From Caldilineaceae bacterium (lineage in GTDB: Bacteria; Chloroflexota; Anaerolineae; Caldilineales; Caldilineaceae): a DNA stretch of 64,000 nt. This document shows positions 9,595 to 19,217 of this stretch, one piece after another. The notes below the pieces were generated by a model. The model was not told where the DNA came from and ran no database searches. It saw only the letters and a list, made by a program, of their open reading frames with translations. The DNA is taken from positions 1,062,455-1,126,454 of the forward strand of contig CBDCSD010000001.1 in assembly GCA_965221345.1 (NCBI GenBank), written 5' to 3'. How positions within the stretch are numbered: the stretch's first letter is position 1; the number at the start of each line of letters is the position of its first letter. A program made the translations under genes and the position numbers.

Positions 9595-10227
9595 TCAACT
9601 CCCTGGGTTGCACCATGCCAGGCTGTTGCGCAACAAGGCCTGGTATGGGGGGTGGCGCCAGACTTCAGGGTTGTGGCCTGGCGTCAGGACGCAGACGCGC
9701 CCATCGCCTTCCGTGCGGGTCCATCCGGCCGGCTGCCTGCCATGTTCGGATTCGGTATCGAGAAAGAGGTCCACGTTCGGATCGTTCATCTCCATCATGT
9801 AATGTTCGTCCCTCAGCGTAAATGGCGCGCTGCCCTCCGTCAGAGGATGGTCGGGGCGCGGCGCGACCGTTACGGGGCATTGCGGCGGGTGGCCGGTGAA
9901 TACGCCTCCCATCAGTCGGCAAAGCGAGGGCGCGTTGTCGTACAGCGCCGTACCCGAATGTAGAATAAGGAGACCGTTGCCGGCGGCGACAAAATTGACA
10001 AATGCCTTTCCGGTTTCCTCGGAGGCCCAAGGTTCATGGTCCACCTGCGAACGGTTGTTGGCCTTGGAGAAGATGACGAGGGGGTATTGGTTCAAACTGT
10101 CTGCGTGCCATCCTGATGGATCCTCCACCCAATCTAACTGAAGGCCGGGCTGTCCAAGGGCCGCCAGCCCGTCCCGCGTAAGCGAGGCAGGGTGGGCGCT
10201 GTCATCGCAAAAAACCAGAGTGTGCAT
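9595..10227 (-). CDS. ThuA domain-containing protein (trehalose-utilisation-like)
   Basis: 210 aa. LLILHSGTALYDN, GGVFTGHPPQCPVTV, HPLTEG..F.L.DEHY and VLTPGHN match the ThuA-like pattern. The gene lies 3 nt upstream of AKR paralog 2. Confidence 0.75.
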   Translation of the reverse strand: MHTLVFCDDSAHPASLTRDGLAALGQPGLQLDWVEDPSGWHADSLNQYPLVIFSKANNRSQVDHEPWASEETGKAFVNFVAAGNGLLILHSGTALYDNAPSLCRLMGGVFTGHPPQCPVTVAPRPDHPLTEGSAPFTLRDEHYMMEMNDPNVDLFLDTESEHGRQPAGWTRTEGDGRVCVLTPGHNPEVWRHPPYQALLRNSLAWCNPGS

Positions 10228-10346
10228 TTTAATTTTCCTTTAGACCGCCTCATTGAAATGCGTAACGAATATTGGGGACTCCGCCATGTATTATACAGGA
10301 ATTTCAACGATTTCGCAGTTCAGACCAGGGTATTCGCATTTGCGAC

Positions 10347-11015
10347 TTATAGAACGTTGAGAAAACAGTCCTGATTCCAGCCAGCACGTTTGCTTTTGGC
10401 TGCGATGCCGATTTTCGCGGTTTTCTGGTGGCGCAGGAAATTGAAGGTCATACGGCGATCGATAGCGATGTTATGTAGTGCATGAACTTGGCGGATGCGG
10501 CTGTCGTCACGAAAGGCGATGTCCAAGAATCAGTGGACCGAATTCTTACTTCCCCAGTGTCCATGTGTGCCAGACATGAGTTGTTTGGCAATTAGTGGGC
10601 AGACTGGAGATGAAGTGTCAATTCATAAAGGAGGTATGGTCAGGCAAACATCGTTCCCATTCGACCATAACCAGATTCTGGAGCTGTGACTATTCCCCAT
10701 ATGGGTTCATATAGTTGAGGATTGGTGGGTCGGCGGTAGCCCAGCGGCGACGGATTTCGAAGCGACCGTGGTCCTTTTCGACGGTCTGGTGGTAGTCGCG
10801 GTGGAGATGCACGAATTCTCTTTCCCGTACGCAGGTGAACATCGTGCGCACCTCATCATACAACTGGGCTTGATACTGTTGAGTGCCAGAACATAGTCGG
10901 CGCCTCGCTCGGTCGGCAACTGCGCAATCGACTCCTGACAGCCTATGGCATTGATCGTAACAATGCAGCCGGACACCATCAGCAACTGCAACAACTCGTG
11001 AAAAAAGCAATCTCA
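10347..11015 (-). pseudogene. ISAs1-family transposase remnant (3-prime part only, frameshifted)
   Basis: Pieces sit in at least three frames: LLQLLMVSGCIVTINAIGCQESIAQ..GADYVLAL; HQTVEKDHGRFEIRRRWATADPPILNYMNPYGEW; HWGSKNSVHWFLDIAFRDDSRIRQVHALHNIAIDRRMTFNFLRHQKTAKIGIAAKSKRAGWNQDCFLNVL followed by a stop. No N-terminal half and no terminal repeats were seen. Confidence 0.75.
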
Positions 11016-11046
11016 TCCTTGATACCGCTTGTGAGGCTCCTCAGGT

Positions 11047-12015
11047 TCATTCTTTTTGTCGTGTTAGAGTAGCTTTCGAGAGGCGCGTGCGACTGCCCAC
11101 GAGCGTCACAGAATCGCAACTGGACTGCGCGTGCTCCGGACGGCGCGCAGGGCACGCAGTCGACTTGCCGAACGACCGGAGGATTGGCCTGGGCCAGCAT
11201 TTCAGCGTAATTCTGGTCGTCCCCGCCATCCAGCCATGCAAGTTTCACTTCGCCCAAATGAAACGGGCCAAAGACGCCGGTCAGTGGGCTGCCCGATTCG
11301 ACAGGTTCAGCTCGCAGGTGCTTATGCGAGCAGCCCTCGGAGGTTACGTTGACATTGGAGCTGGGATAACCCCCGACGTACCAGTCGAGATCCTGACTCG
11401 GTGATTTACTCGGGCCCTTTGCGGAGAGGCCCCACGCTCTCCTTCACCATGTGGAAGAGACTCAGCTTGCCAAAATCCAATCCACCTGCGTCTCACCGCG
11501 ACTGAAGGTTCAGCATGAAACCGACGCGCCCTCGTCCGGTTATGTTTCGAAGGGAAAGTAGGTCAAACCCAGGCAGAAGGCGTCGTCGCCCTCCCGGTTG
11601 ACGAATGCAATTCATCCGGCTGTCGAGTCGACACCGATCTTCCCCAAGCGGAAGAAATATTATGCGCAAGTAAGGTTGGAGCACACCTCGCGCTATATTT
11701 CGGGCGTGGCCTCTTCTACGAACATGACGTTTTAGACGCTGCCGCACCCTGCCAATGGTCTGGGCGATCCCAGCCCTGGGGCGCAGGCAAAGCCTTGTCG
11801 CTGCCGTAATTCTTCTGGGCTTCGATAATTCCGTCCTCCATGTTTTCGTCGGAGGTGAAGAGGCTGCCGGCGGGGCTGCGGTCGATCCACAGAGAGGGAA
11901 AGGGTCCCTGGTCATAGCCCATCAGGCGACCGCCTATGTCGGGCGCGGCGAACAGGTCGACGAGGCAGGTACTCTATTTGACAGCCCTCCCAGCCGTGAT
12001 AGTCGTTCTGGGTCG
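11047..12015 (-). pseudogene. Decayed paralog of the 17814..19142 gene
   Basis: Fragment MGYDQGPFPSLWIDRSPAGSLFTSDENMEDGIIEAQKNYGSDKALPAPQGWDRPDHW aligns to MAYDLGNYPYLWFDRNLAGKLFSDEENMGDGSIAAWKNYGGDKTWPAPQGWDRPDQW. Fragment GEVKLAWLDGGDDQ..AVQLRFCDARGQ aligns to GEVELVWLDGEDDE..AVQLRFRDPQGQ. The piece is about 970 bp against 1329 bp for the intact gene, with broken frames. Confidence 0.75.
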
Positions 12016-12149
12016 GATTCGCCCCTGCTCGATAGGGACACATGCGTAGTGAACACCTTCAAAGAGGGGGTCAATCTCGGGCGCTGTACAGTCCGGTTCA
12101 ACATCGTCCTGAACCAATCAATTTTCTTGGTAACCGCTCCTTATCGCTT

Positions 12150-13025
12150 CTATTTTATGCCAGTCAAGGCCACCCCGCGCACGATAGTACGCGTCATCAA
12201 CGCAAAAAGAATCAATATCGGCACCACCCCGATCGTCGCACCGGTGATCACCAGATCTACCCGCGTGGCAAACTCCCAGGCTAAACTGGCTATGCCCAGC
12301 GGCAAAGTGCGCATTTCTCTCGAAGAGATAATCATGAACGGCCACCACAGAGAGTTCCATGACCACAGAAAGACAAAGACCCCCAGTGCAGAGAGCGCGT
12401 TAAGGGATAGCGGGAGCATGATCTTCCAGTAAATCCACATCTCACCCGCTCCATCCACGCGCGCAGCGTCAACCAAATCGCTGGGGATGCCTTCCATGAA
12501 TTGGCGCATCAGAAAGATGCCAAACGCGTTTACCATAAAGGGAATTACCAACCCAAGATAAGAGTCCAACATTCCCAATCGGGCAATTAAGAAATAGAGA
12601 GGCAGCACGACAACGGCAAACGGGACCATCATACTGCTGATGATTGTCATGAAAACTGCTTCTTTGAAGGCGAAGTCGAACTTGGCGAAAACATATCCGC
12701 ATATAGAGCTTGTAAAGAGAATTACCAGCGTTACTACTGACGAAACGCCCGCGCTGTTCAGAAAGTAGCGCAAAAAGGGCAACTCCCCCGTCAACATGGC
12801 ATAGTTGCCCAACGTGAACTCTTTGGGCCACAGCGTTGGTTTGAGCGACAGGATCTCCTGGTATGGCTTAAACGACGACAACACCATCCAGACGAAGGGA
12901 ACAAACATCCCCGCCGCTACGGCCAGCATGACGAGTATTAGGACAACTCGCTCAAACGTTATGTTTGGCCCGCCCCACGCCCTGGGCGAATTGCCAAACT
13001 CAGATATGGATGACGGCCTGTCCAT
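12150..13025 (-). CDS. Carbohydrate ABC transporter permease (MalG-like)
   Basis: 291 aa, multi-pass membrane protein with the EAA-type loop DAARVDGAGEMWIYWKIMLP. Confidence 0.88.
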   Translation of the reverse strand: MDRPSSISEFGNSPRAWGGPNITFERVVLILVMLAVAAGMFVPFVWMVLSSFKPYQEILSLKPTLWPKEFTLGNYAMLTGELPFLRYFLNSAGVSSVVTLVILFTSSICGYVFAKFDFAFKEAVFMTIISSMMVPFAVVVLPLYFLIARLGMLDSYLGLVIPFMVNAFGIFLMRQFMEGIPSDLVDAARVDGAGEMWIYWKIMLPLSLNALSALGVFVFLWSWNSLWWPFMIISSREMRTLPLGIASLAWEFATRVDLVITGATIGVVPILILFALMTRTIVRGVALTGIK

Positions 13026-13133
13026 CTCGCAACTCTCAGTTTCCTATTCTGGTTTCCAAGGCCAACGACCCTGGCTCAGAGTGGCCATCGCGCACACTCG
13101 CGATCCCTCTGTCGACGTATTCCCCGCATGGGC

Positions 13134-14084
13134 CTAATATTCCCACTTGGGCCGCAACAGTCGAAATTGGATCATTGTAAATATAAGGATGATAATAAAC
13201 ATCACCAGCGAAATCGCAGACGCCGCTCCCATATCAGTTCGCAAAATGCCCTCGTTGTAGATCAGGTAGGAGAGCACATAGGTAGCGTAACCAGGGCCAC
13301 CTGATGTCATAACCAGAATCAGATCGAATACCTGGAATGAGCCAATCAGCGTGATAACCGTTACAAAGAGCGTCGTATGGGAGAGAAGAGGCAGGGTGAT
13401 TTTCCAGAAAAGCTGCCAGCGGCTGGCGCCATCGATCCGGGCTGCCTCCAAGAGATGCTCCGGAATGCTCATCAGTCCAGCCAGAAAGATGACGGCCCCA
13501 AAGCCGATATGCTGCCAGATGTCCACAGCCACGACGGAATAAAGCGCCTGGTCGGCCACGGTGATGAACCCTTGACGCGGCAGACCAAAGTCAGCCAACT
13601 GGGCGTTGATCGGCCCAAAGCGTGGATGATAGAGCCATTTCCAAAGTACGGCGATGGCAGCACTGGGACAGACGATAGGGGCAAAGACGCAGAAGAGATA
13701 GAAGCGCTGTGTACGTCGAAACTGGTACAGCAGCAGGGCCGTCAGTAAGCCCAGCGGCACCAATGCGCCCGTGCGGACAATTACATAGAGCAGGGTGTTC
13801 CTGAATGCGTCCTGAAAGCGCGAAGTCGGCAGCAGGAGATCGCTATAGTTCCTGAAGAGTACAAATTGGCTGGCACGGGGGTCTTCAATGATCCAGAGGT
13901 GGAGGCTGACCCAGATGGCATAGAGAATCGGATAAATCAGAAAGACGAAATAGTATATCAGGACCGGGGTCAGCACCAGCCACGGAAAGGCATTTCGGGG
14001 AATGCGCAGGCGGCTCAGCAACACATCACCGATTCGTTCGCTCATTTGACCGCCGCTCGAATCTTCTACCGTTGCCAACCCCAA
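13134..14084 (-). CDS. Sugar ABC transporter permease (MalF-like)
   Basis: 316 aa with EAARIDGASRWQLFWKITLPLL. The start is uncertain: TTG at 14084 or ATG 39 nt downstream. Confidence 0.85.
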   Translation of the reverse strand: MGLATVEDSSGGQMSERIGDVLLSRLRIPRNAFPWLVLTPVLIYYFVFLIYPILYAIWVSLHLWIIEDPRASQFVLFRNYSDLLLPTSRFQDAFRNTLLYVIVRTGALVPLGLLTALLLYQFRRTQRFYLFCVFAPIVCPSAAIAVLWKWLYHPRFGPINAQLADFGLPRQGFITVADQALYSVVAVDIWQHIGFGAVIFLAGLMSIPEHLLEAARIDGASRWQLFWKITLPLLSHTTLFVTVITLIGSFQVFDLILVMTSGGPGYATYVLSYLIYNEGILRTDMGAASAISLVMFIIILIFTMIQFRLLRPKWEY

Positions 14085-14123
14085 ACCTCCCCAAAATGTT
14101 TTGGTTGTAGGGGAACTGTGCCA

Positions 14124-14174
14124 GGGGATTGGGGACTCGAACGTGGTCCATTCTTATCGCTGCCCCCAATCCCC
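14124..14174 (-). promoter_or_regulatory. Intercistronic stem-loop between the binding-protein and permease genes
   Basis: Perfect 11-bp stem GGGGATTGGGG / CCCCAATCCCC with a 29-nt loop, in the 132-nt gap after the binding-protein stop. Confidence 0.5.
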
Positions 14175-14216
14175 GGTACCTCTGGACGGGATCCTCCCTG
14201 GAGCGTGCCATCCGCT

Positions 14217-15653
14217 CTACGACATGGGTATCCCCTCCATCAACTCATCCGGCAAACCATCCCACTGGATCTGAACCGGGTCCAGACCGGGATACTTGTC
14301 CTCGTACTGCGCCATCTCATCGTTCAGCGCGGCTTCCATTTCGACTAGCGTTTCCTCGACAGTCAGTTCCTGCTGGAGCATCCTGTTCATCATTGGCCAC
14401 ATGATGTCGTACTCCAGCGTATCCATGTTGCCGAAGGGCCCGTAGTAGCGGTATTGCCCCTTGGTAATGGCGTCCAACACGGGGGCCAGATACGCACCCT
14501 TTCCTGTAACAAAGAAGTCGTCCCCGAAGTTGATCTCCTTCAAGGGCGAAATACCCGGATTCTGCTCCAACATGGCGCGCTGCACTTCCCACTGGGCGCA
14601 ATAGGAGAGAAACTCCGTGACACTATCCTTGTTCTGCGTGCCTGACCAGACCGCCAGGTTCCATGTGTCGGAGTGGTTAAAGATGGCCGGCTTGCCTGCC
14701 GTAAATCCCGGCTTAACGATAAATCCCAGTCTCAGACCGGGGAAGGCTGTACCGGAATAGGGCACGAACTCCGGCCATTTGAAGGCTAAGCTTGCCAATC
14801 CCTGCGCCAGTGCATCAGAACTGTTGTTGCCAAGAGCAGGGTCATCGAGACGCTTATCCCACACCAAGTCATAGAAAAACTGCATCGCCGCCGAAGATTC
14901 GTCCGTCTGCAGCGTGAAGACTTGATTGTCATTATCGAACCAGGTGCCGCCCATATCGATGATAGCGCTCAGCCAATATATCGGGTTGTTCCCGTCGCCG
15001 GTAAACATCAAGCCGGCGCGCAGCACGTCATCCCCCTCTCTGATAACCAGCTGCTCCGCATACTCCAACATATGGTCGATACTCTCAAAGACGGTGGGGT
15101 GATCCAGCCCAGCCTCCTCTAGATGATCCAGGTTGGCCACCAGGCCCGCGTCGCCCGGTGGGTCGGGCACACCAATAGCATAGAGGTTGCCTTCGTATAG
15201 CGACTGGAGGTACGTTTCGGGCATGAAGTCTCTTTTGGCTTGCTCCAAAGTCACGATGTCCGGCGTCACCGGCGCGATATGCCCGGCCAAAGCCAGCTCC
15301 AGCAACGCGGTCCCGTGCATTACAAAAATGTCGGGAGCCTCATCGGCCGACATGGCCGCGCGCAGCTTTGCGCTATATTGACCGGGCTGCGGCTGATAGT
15401 CCAATGTGAACCCGCGCTCCCCTGCCTCCAGGAACACGTCAATCGCCGCTCCCATCATCCACTCGTGCGGCGGGAAACTCATACTCCACATTTCAACCGA
15501 GCCTTCTTCCGCCATAACCGCTTCCGATTCGCCCGAGGTCGCCTCCTCTTGTGCCGGCGCGGCCGGTGCAACACATGCCGCCAGTAGAGAGGCGCCCGTC
15601 ACTGTTCCCGTCGTCTTCAAAAAGTCTCGTCGATTCAAGCGTTTTGCATTCAT
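14217..15653 (-). CDS. Extracellular solute-binding protein (CUT1 sugar ABC)
   Basis: 478 aa. MNAKRLNRRDFLKTTGTVTGASLLAACVAP gives a twin-Arg/lipoprotein signal. It is the first gene of the cassette. Confidence 0.88.
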   Translation of the reverse strand: MNAKRLNRRDFLKTTGTVTGASLLAACVAPAAPAQEEATSGESEAVMAEEGSVEMWSMSFPPHEWMMGAAIDVFLEAGERGFTLDYQPQPGQYSAKLRAAMSADEAPDIFVMHGTALLELALAGHIAPVTPDIVTLEQAKRDFMPETYLQSLYEGNLYAIGVPDPPGDAGLVANLDHLEEAGLDHPTVFESIDHMLEYAEQLVIREGDDVLRAGLMFTGDGNNPIYWLSAIIDMGGTWFDNDNQVFTLQTDESSAAMQFFYDLVWDKRLDDPALGNNSSDALAQGLASLAFKWPEFVPYSGTAFPGLRLGFIVKPGFTAGKPAIFNHSDTWNLAVWSGTQNKDSVTEFLSYCAQWEVQRAMLEQNPGISPLKEINFGDDFFVTGKGAYLAPVLDAITKGQYRYYGPFGNMDTLEYDIMWPMMNRMLQQELTVEETLVEMEAALNDEMAQYEDKYPGLDPVQIQWDGLPDELMEGIPMS

Positions 15654-16600
15654 GGTGGCCCTCCTCAGACCGTAGAAGATTGATCCGTGTCAGTTGTGCC
15701 CCTGCTCGATAGGGGCACAAGCGTTGTGAACACGTGCTAAAAAGCGATCAACTCTCAGGCGTTTTCAGTGGGACTGATGCAAGCCGAGGTCATTTCCTCA
15801 ACCCAATTCAGTAGAAATTCCTCATGATGACAAGGGGCTGCCAAGACCTGTTGAACCGTCTGAACCGGAGATGACCCGGTTTCAGCATTTCTCGGCAACC
15901 ATTCTCGACCGGGAAGACTAAGGGACACAATAGGGCTTCTACATTTCCTGCTTCTCCTTTCCTGTACCTTTTATATGGCATTTCCATGTGGAAAAGTCAG
16001 CACTATTGTAGATGAAAAATGAAATAGTAACAAACACGTAAAACCGACCATGATTAGTGCCAAAGTTGCCATGGCCAATTCATGAATTATTTGAATCACA
16101 TCCCGGTATCAACCACTTTCGGACGGTCCCGCATCTGGATCGTTTCCGACAGATTTTCAGCCCCGTTGCAGCACAACTGCTCCGTCCTCACGTACTCGAG
16201 GCGGAAAAAATCCTCATAGCCCGCTTCCTGCAGCAGGCGCGGATGGTCGACTATATTCTTCTCGAACTTCGACTATAAGAGATTCTCAAACCGGCCGCGC
16301 GAGTGAAAGTGGGCCGTGAAGGGGATCAGCTTTTCGTCTTGGTGGTCGCTAAGCGAAAATTCTAGACAATGTGCGTGATTTCCAGCGTCAGCGTAAGCCC
16401 AGGCGTCATCTCCAGCAGGCACAGCGTCTGGTCAGGCGTGCGCCACCCATTCCACGTTGCGCCCCACAGCCCAATCGCAGCCCTTCTGTATTTCCTATCA
16501 GCAGTACCCAACCCAGTACACCTGTGTACTTATTTCACGCGGCAGTAACGCGAATCGGGCAGTGAATCACGACAATCTCACAGAATGTGAGCAATGCCGC

Positions 16601-17809
16601 TCAGACACCTGCCGCCGCCAATGCCTCACCCCATAAGACCAGCAGGCGCACCAATTCCGCACGATTTGCCGAGCTCTCCTCAGCCAGCGCCAGCGCCTTG
16701 ACACTGGGTGGATTACTCATCGGCACATGCTCACCGGCCTCCAGCAGGTTGGCAATCGTCTCCAGTAGGCCCACCCCTGCCGCGTAATCGGAATTAGTTG
16801 TACCGAGCCACTCCTTCGCCTGGCCAAGCACGCGTGTGGCGGCACCCTCCTTATCCACATTGGGCGCCACCATCTCCGGTCCCCGGCGCCGGAAGAAGCC
16901 GCGAATTGCGGCCGCGATGCTGGGGTCCCGCACCGTCCCGTCCGGGTAGACGACGCCGTGAATATCCCGCCAGCGGCTTACGCCGATCATTAGTTCCCAC
17001 AAATACCAGCCGATGCCGGCCTCCTGGCAGATCTCCAGTGTAACGTCATATGGGTTGGCGCGGGCCAGGCAGGCCAGCTCAGAGATGAAGATTGGCTTTT
17101 GATTGGCCTCCGCAATGCGGTTTCCTTCGTCAATGTGGGCGCGGATCGCGGCGCGTGTGTTCCTGTAGTCGTGGAAGGAGAGTACATCCACATGCGTCTC
17201 CACCTGCGCCAGATTCGCCGCATAGGCTACGCCCACGGTGATCGGATGCGCGCCGTCCAACTCCTTCATGACACCGCAGAAATGATGCACGAAGTTCCAG
17301 ATAATGCTGATGCGACTGTCGCGGTCGGGAACGTCTTCACCCACCCAGCTCGTGACCATCGGCTCGTTCATCATGTCCCACATGACCAGACCAGGCTCCG
17401 GCCCCAACGTCTGCACCAGATCGCGGCAGTATGCCTCGCCGGCCGGCCAGAAGTCGGGCCCCAGCCGCTGCACGCCCGGATTGGGGATCCACTTGTTCTC
17501 GGTCGAACCATAGGTTGGCAGCGTGTCGTCAAAACAGGAATCCCACACCACCGGCATGACGCTGATTCCCCGGTCGTGGGCCGCGCGCACAAAGTGTCTC
17601 AGCCGGGCCAGGAAGCTCCGGGGATCGTGTTCGTAAACCACGTAGGCCAAAAAGGGGCGGGCGCTGTTCAGGCCCAATCGCTGCGCATAGGTCAACTCTC
17701 TCTCGACTAGAGCTTCATCGTAATCGCGCCAGAATGCAATATCGTTGACAGCCGTGCTGGGAACGTAATTGAAACCGCGCAGATGTTGATAGCGTTTAAG
17801 AAGTTCCAC
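16601..17809 (-). CDS. Glycoside hydrolase, clan GH-A (GH5/cellulase-like)
   Basis: LRGFNYVPS.., VMWDMMNEP (the NEP acid/base motif) and IFISELA (candidate nucleophile Glu). Start moved to GTG 17809 (AGAGGA upstream, 5 nt after the upstream stop), because the 480-aa track ORF would overlap the upstream gene by about 230 nt. Confidence 0.75.
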   Translation of the reverse strand: MELLKRYQHLRGFNYVPSTAVNDIAFWRDYDEALVERELTYAQRLGLNSARPFLAYVVYEHDPRSFLARLRHFVRAAHDRGISVMPVVWDSCFDDTLPTYGSTENKWIPNPGVQRLGPDFWPAGEAYCRDLVQTLGPEPGLVMWDMMNEPMVTSWVGEDVPDRDSRISIIWNFVHHFCGVMKELDGAHPITVGVAYAANLAQVETHVDVLSFHDYRNTRAAIRAHIDEGNRIAEANQKPIFISELACLARANPYDVTLEICQEAGIGWYLWELMIGVSRWRDIHGVVYPDGTVRDPSIAAAIRGFFRRRGPEMVAPNVDKEGAATRVLGQAKEWLGTTNSDYAAGVGLLETIANLLEAGEHVPMSNPPSVKALALAEESSANRAELVRLLVLWGEALAAAGV

Positions 17810-17813
17810 AGGT

Positions 17814-19142
17814 TCAGTCCTCTGATGAAGTGGGAATGGGGCAGTGGTCGAGCAGCGCGCCCGTCTGCCCCTGCGGATCGCGGAAGCGCAACTGGACAGC
17901 GCCTGCGCCAGGCGGCGCGCTGCGCACGCAGTCGACTCGCAACACGTCGAGAGGATTGGCCGGCGCCAGCGTCGCCGCGGAAATCTCGTCGTCCTCGCCA
18001 TCCAGCCAGACGAGTTCCACTTCGCCAACTTGAAACAGGCCAAAGACGCCGGTCAGTCGAATGCCAGCGTCTACAGCATCGGCCCGCAAGCGCTCGTGCG
18101 AGCAGCCTGCCCCTGTAACATTGACGATGGGACCGGGGCAGCGGGCGACGTACCAGTCGAGATCCAGACTCTGTGTTTCGCCCGGGGCCATCGTGCGCAG
18201 AGGCCCCAGGACTTCCGCCTCTACATGGAACAGATTCAGCTTGCCGAAATCCAGACCGCCCACGATCTCACCGTGACCGGTGGTCCAGCATTCAACCGAC
18301 GCACCCCCGTCCGGGTAACTATCGCCAGGAAAATACGGAAAGCACTGGCAGAAGGCGTAGTCGCTCTCCTGGTTAACGAAAGCGATCCACCCGGCCGTCG
18401 AGTCGACGCCGATTTTGCCGAGGCGGTACAGATACTGCGCGCCCAAAAGGTTGGGGCGCACCTCGCGCTGCCATTCGGGATTATCCTCTTCGCCGAACAT
18501 GACGTTGTACCCGCGGGTAAACCCGCTGTCAGAGTTGGTGGGGATGTAGAGCCAGGCCTGGTCATTGTGCGTCTCCTGACCGCTGGCGTCGCGGCGGGTC
18601 GCATCCACCTGGACCACATCCCAAATACTCCAGGTCCGCTCCTGCTCGGAGATATTTGTCATCTCCAAGTGAAGGCTGACGCGGCCCCCGCCCGCATGGA
18701 GCGTAATCTGGCGCCTGATCTGGACGCCCGTTCGCGGGTCCGGCAAGCTGGTCATGCATATCGAAGCTGCTGCGGCCGAACTGTCCACGACTTCGAGCGT
18801 ATAGCGCCCTGTGTCGAGGACGGGATCAGGCGGACCGTGCCACTGGTCCGGGCGGTCCCAGCCCTGGGGCGCCGGCCAGGTCTTGTCGCCGCCGTAGTTC
18901 TTCCAGGCTGCGATACTGCCGTCCCCCATATTCTCCTCATCGGAAAAGAGCTTGCCCGCCAAATTGCGGTCGAACCACAGATAGGGATAATTTCCCAGAT
19001 CATAAGCCATTATGCGGCCGCCTACGTCGGGCACGGCCACCAGGTCCACGAGGCCGTTGCTCAATTTGACAGCCCGCCAGCCGTGAAAATCGATCCGGTC
19101 AATGCGGCAACCTGATCCCGCTGCGTTCTGATCAGCCATCAA
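17814..19142 (-). CDS. Conserved hypothetical protein (possibly a DUF4380 / aldose-epimerase-like beta-sandwich)
   Basis: 442-aa ORF with coherent composition, tightly packed before the GH gene, and with a decayed paralog at 11047-12015. The family name is only a recollection. Confidence 0.65.
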   Translation of the reverse strand: MMADQNAAGSGCRIDRIDFHGWRAVKLSNGLVDLVAVPDVGGRIMAYDLGNYPYLWFDRNLAGKLFSDEENMGDGSIAAWKNYGGDKTWPAPQGWDRPDQWHGPPDPVLDTGRYTLEVVDSSAAAASICMTSLPDPRTGVQIRRQITLHAGGGRVSLHLEMTNISEQERTWSIWDVVQVDATRRDASGQETHNDQAWLYIPTNSDSGFTRGYNVMFGEEDNPEWQREVRPNLLGAQYLYRLGKIGVDSTAGWIAFVNQESDYAFCQCFPYFPGDSYPDGGASVECWTTGHGEIVGGLDFGKLNLFHVEAEVLGPLRTMAPGETQSLDLDWYVARCPGPIVNVTGAGCSHERLRADAVDAGIRLTGVFGLFQVGEVELVWLDGEDDEISAATLAPANPLDVLRVDCVRSAPPGAGAVQLRFRDPQGQTGALLDHCPIPTSSED

Positions 19143-19217
19143 AACTGTTCCTCCAGAAATGAGGAGCGAGTGAAGAGGAGAGAGAAAAGAGACAAACAGT
19201 TTTCTTTTCGTTTTGCC

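Noticed and set aside
16057-16345. Possible gene remnant on the minus strand (..DEKLIPFTAHFHSRGRFENLL, a stop, then SKFEKNIVDHPRLLQEAGYEDFFRLEYVRTEQ..)
   Set aside because: It resembles the C-terminal region of some methyltransferases only vaguely, has an in-frame TAG and no start. It is too weak to annotate without a database search.
17810-18043. Upstream 78 codons of the glycoside hydrolase track ORF (16601..18043)
   Set aside because: They would overlap the preceding gene by about 230 nt, and the translation is Arg/Cys-rich. A GTG with AGAGGA lies 5 nt after the upstream stop.
17844-19115. Long plus-strand ORFs opposite minus-strand genes. Others of the same kind: 605..1306, 5009..5968, 19170..20156, 20288..21475, 24322..25443, 26456..27277, 34256..35209, 40741..41481, 48179..49132, 52611..53594, 55284..56393
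   Set aside because: All lie antisense to genes with clear family signatures and have the Arg/Pro/Gly/His-rich composition typical of GC-rich shadow frames.
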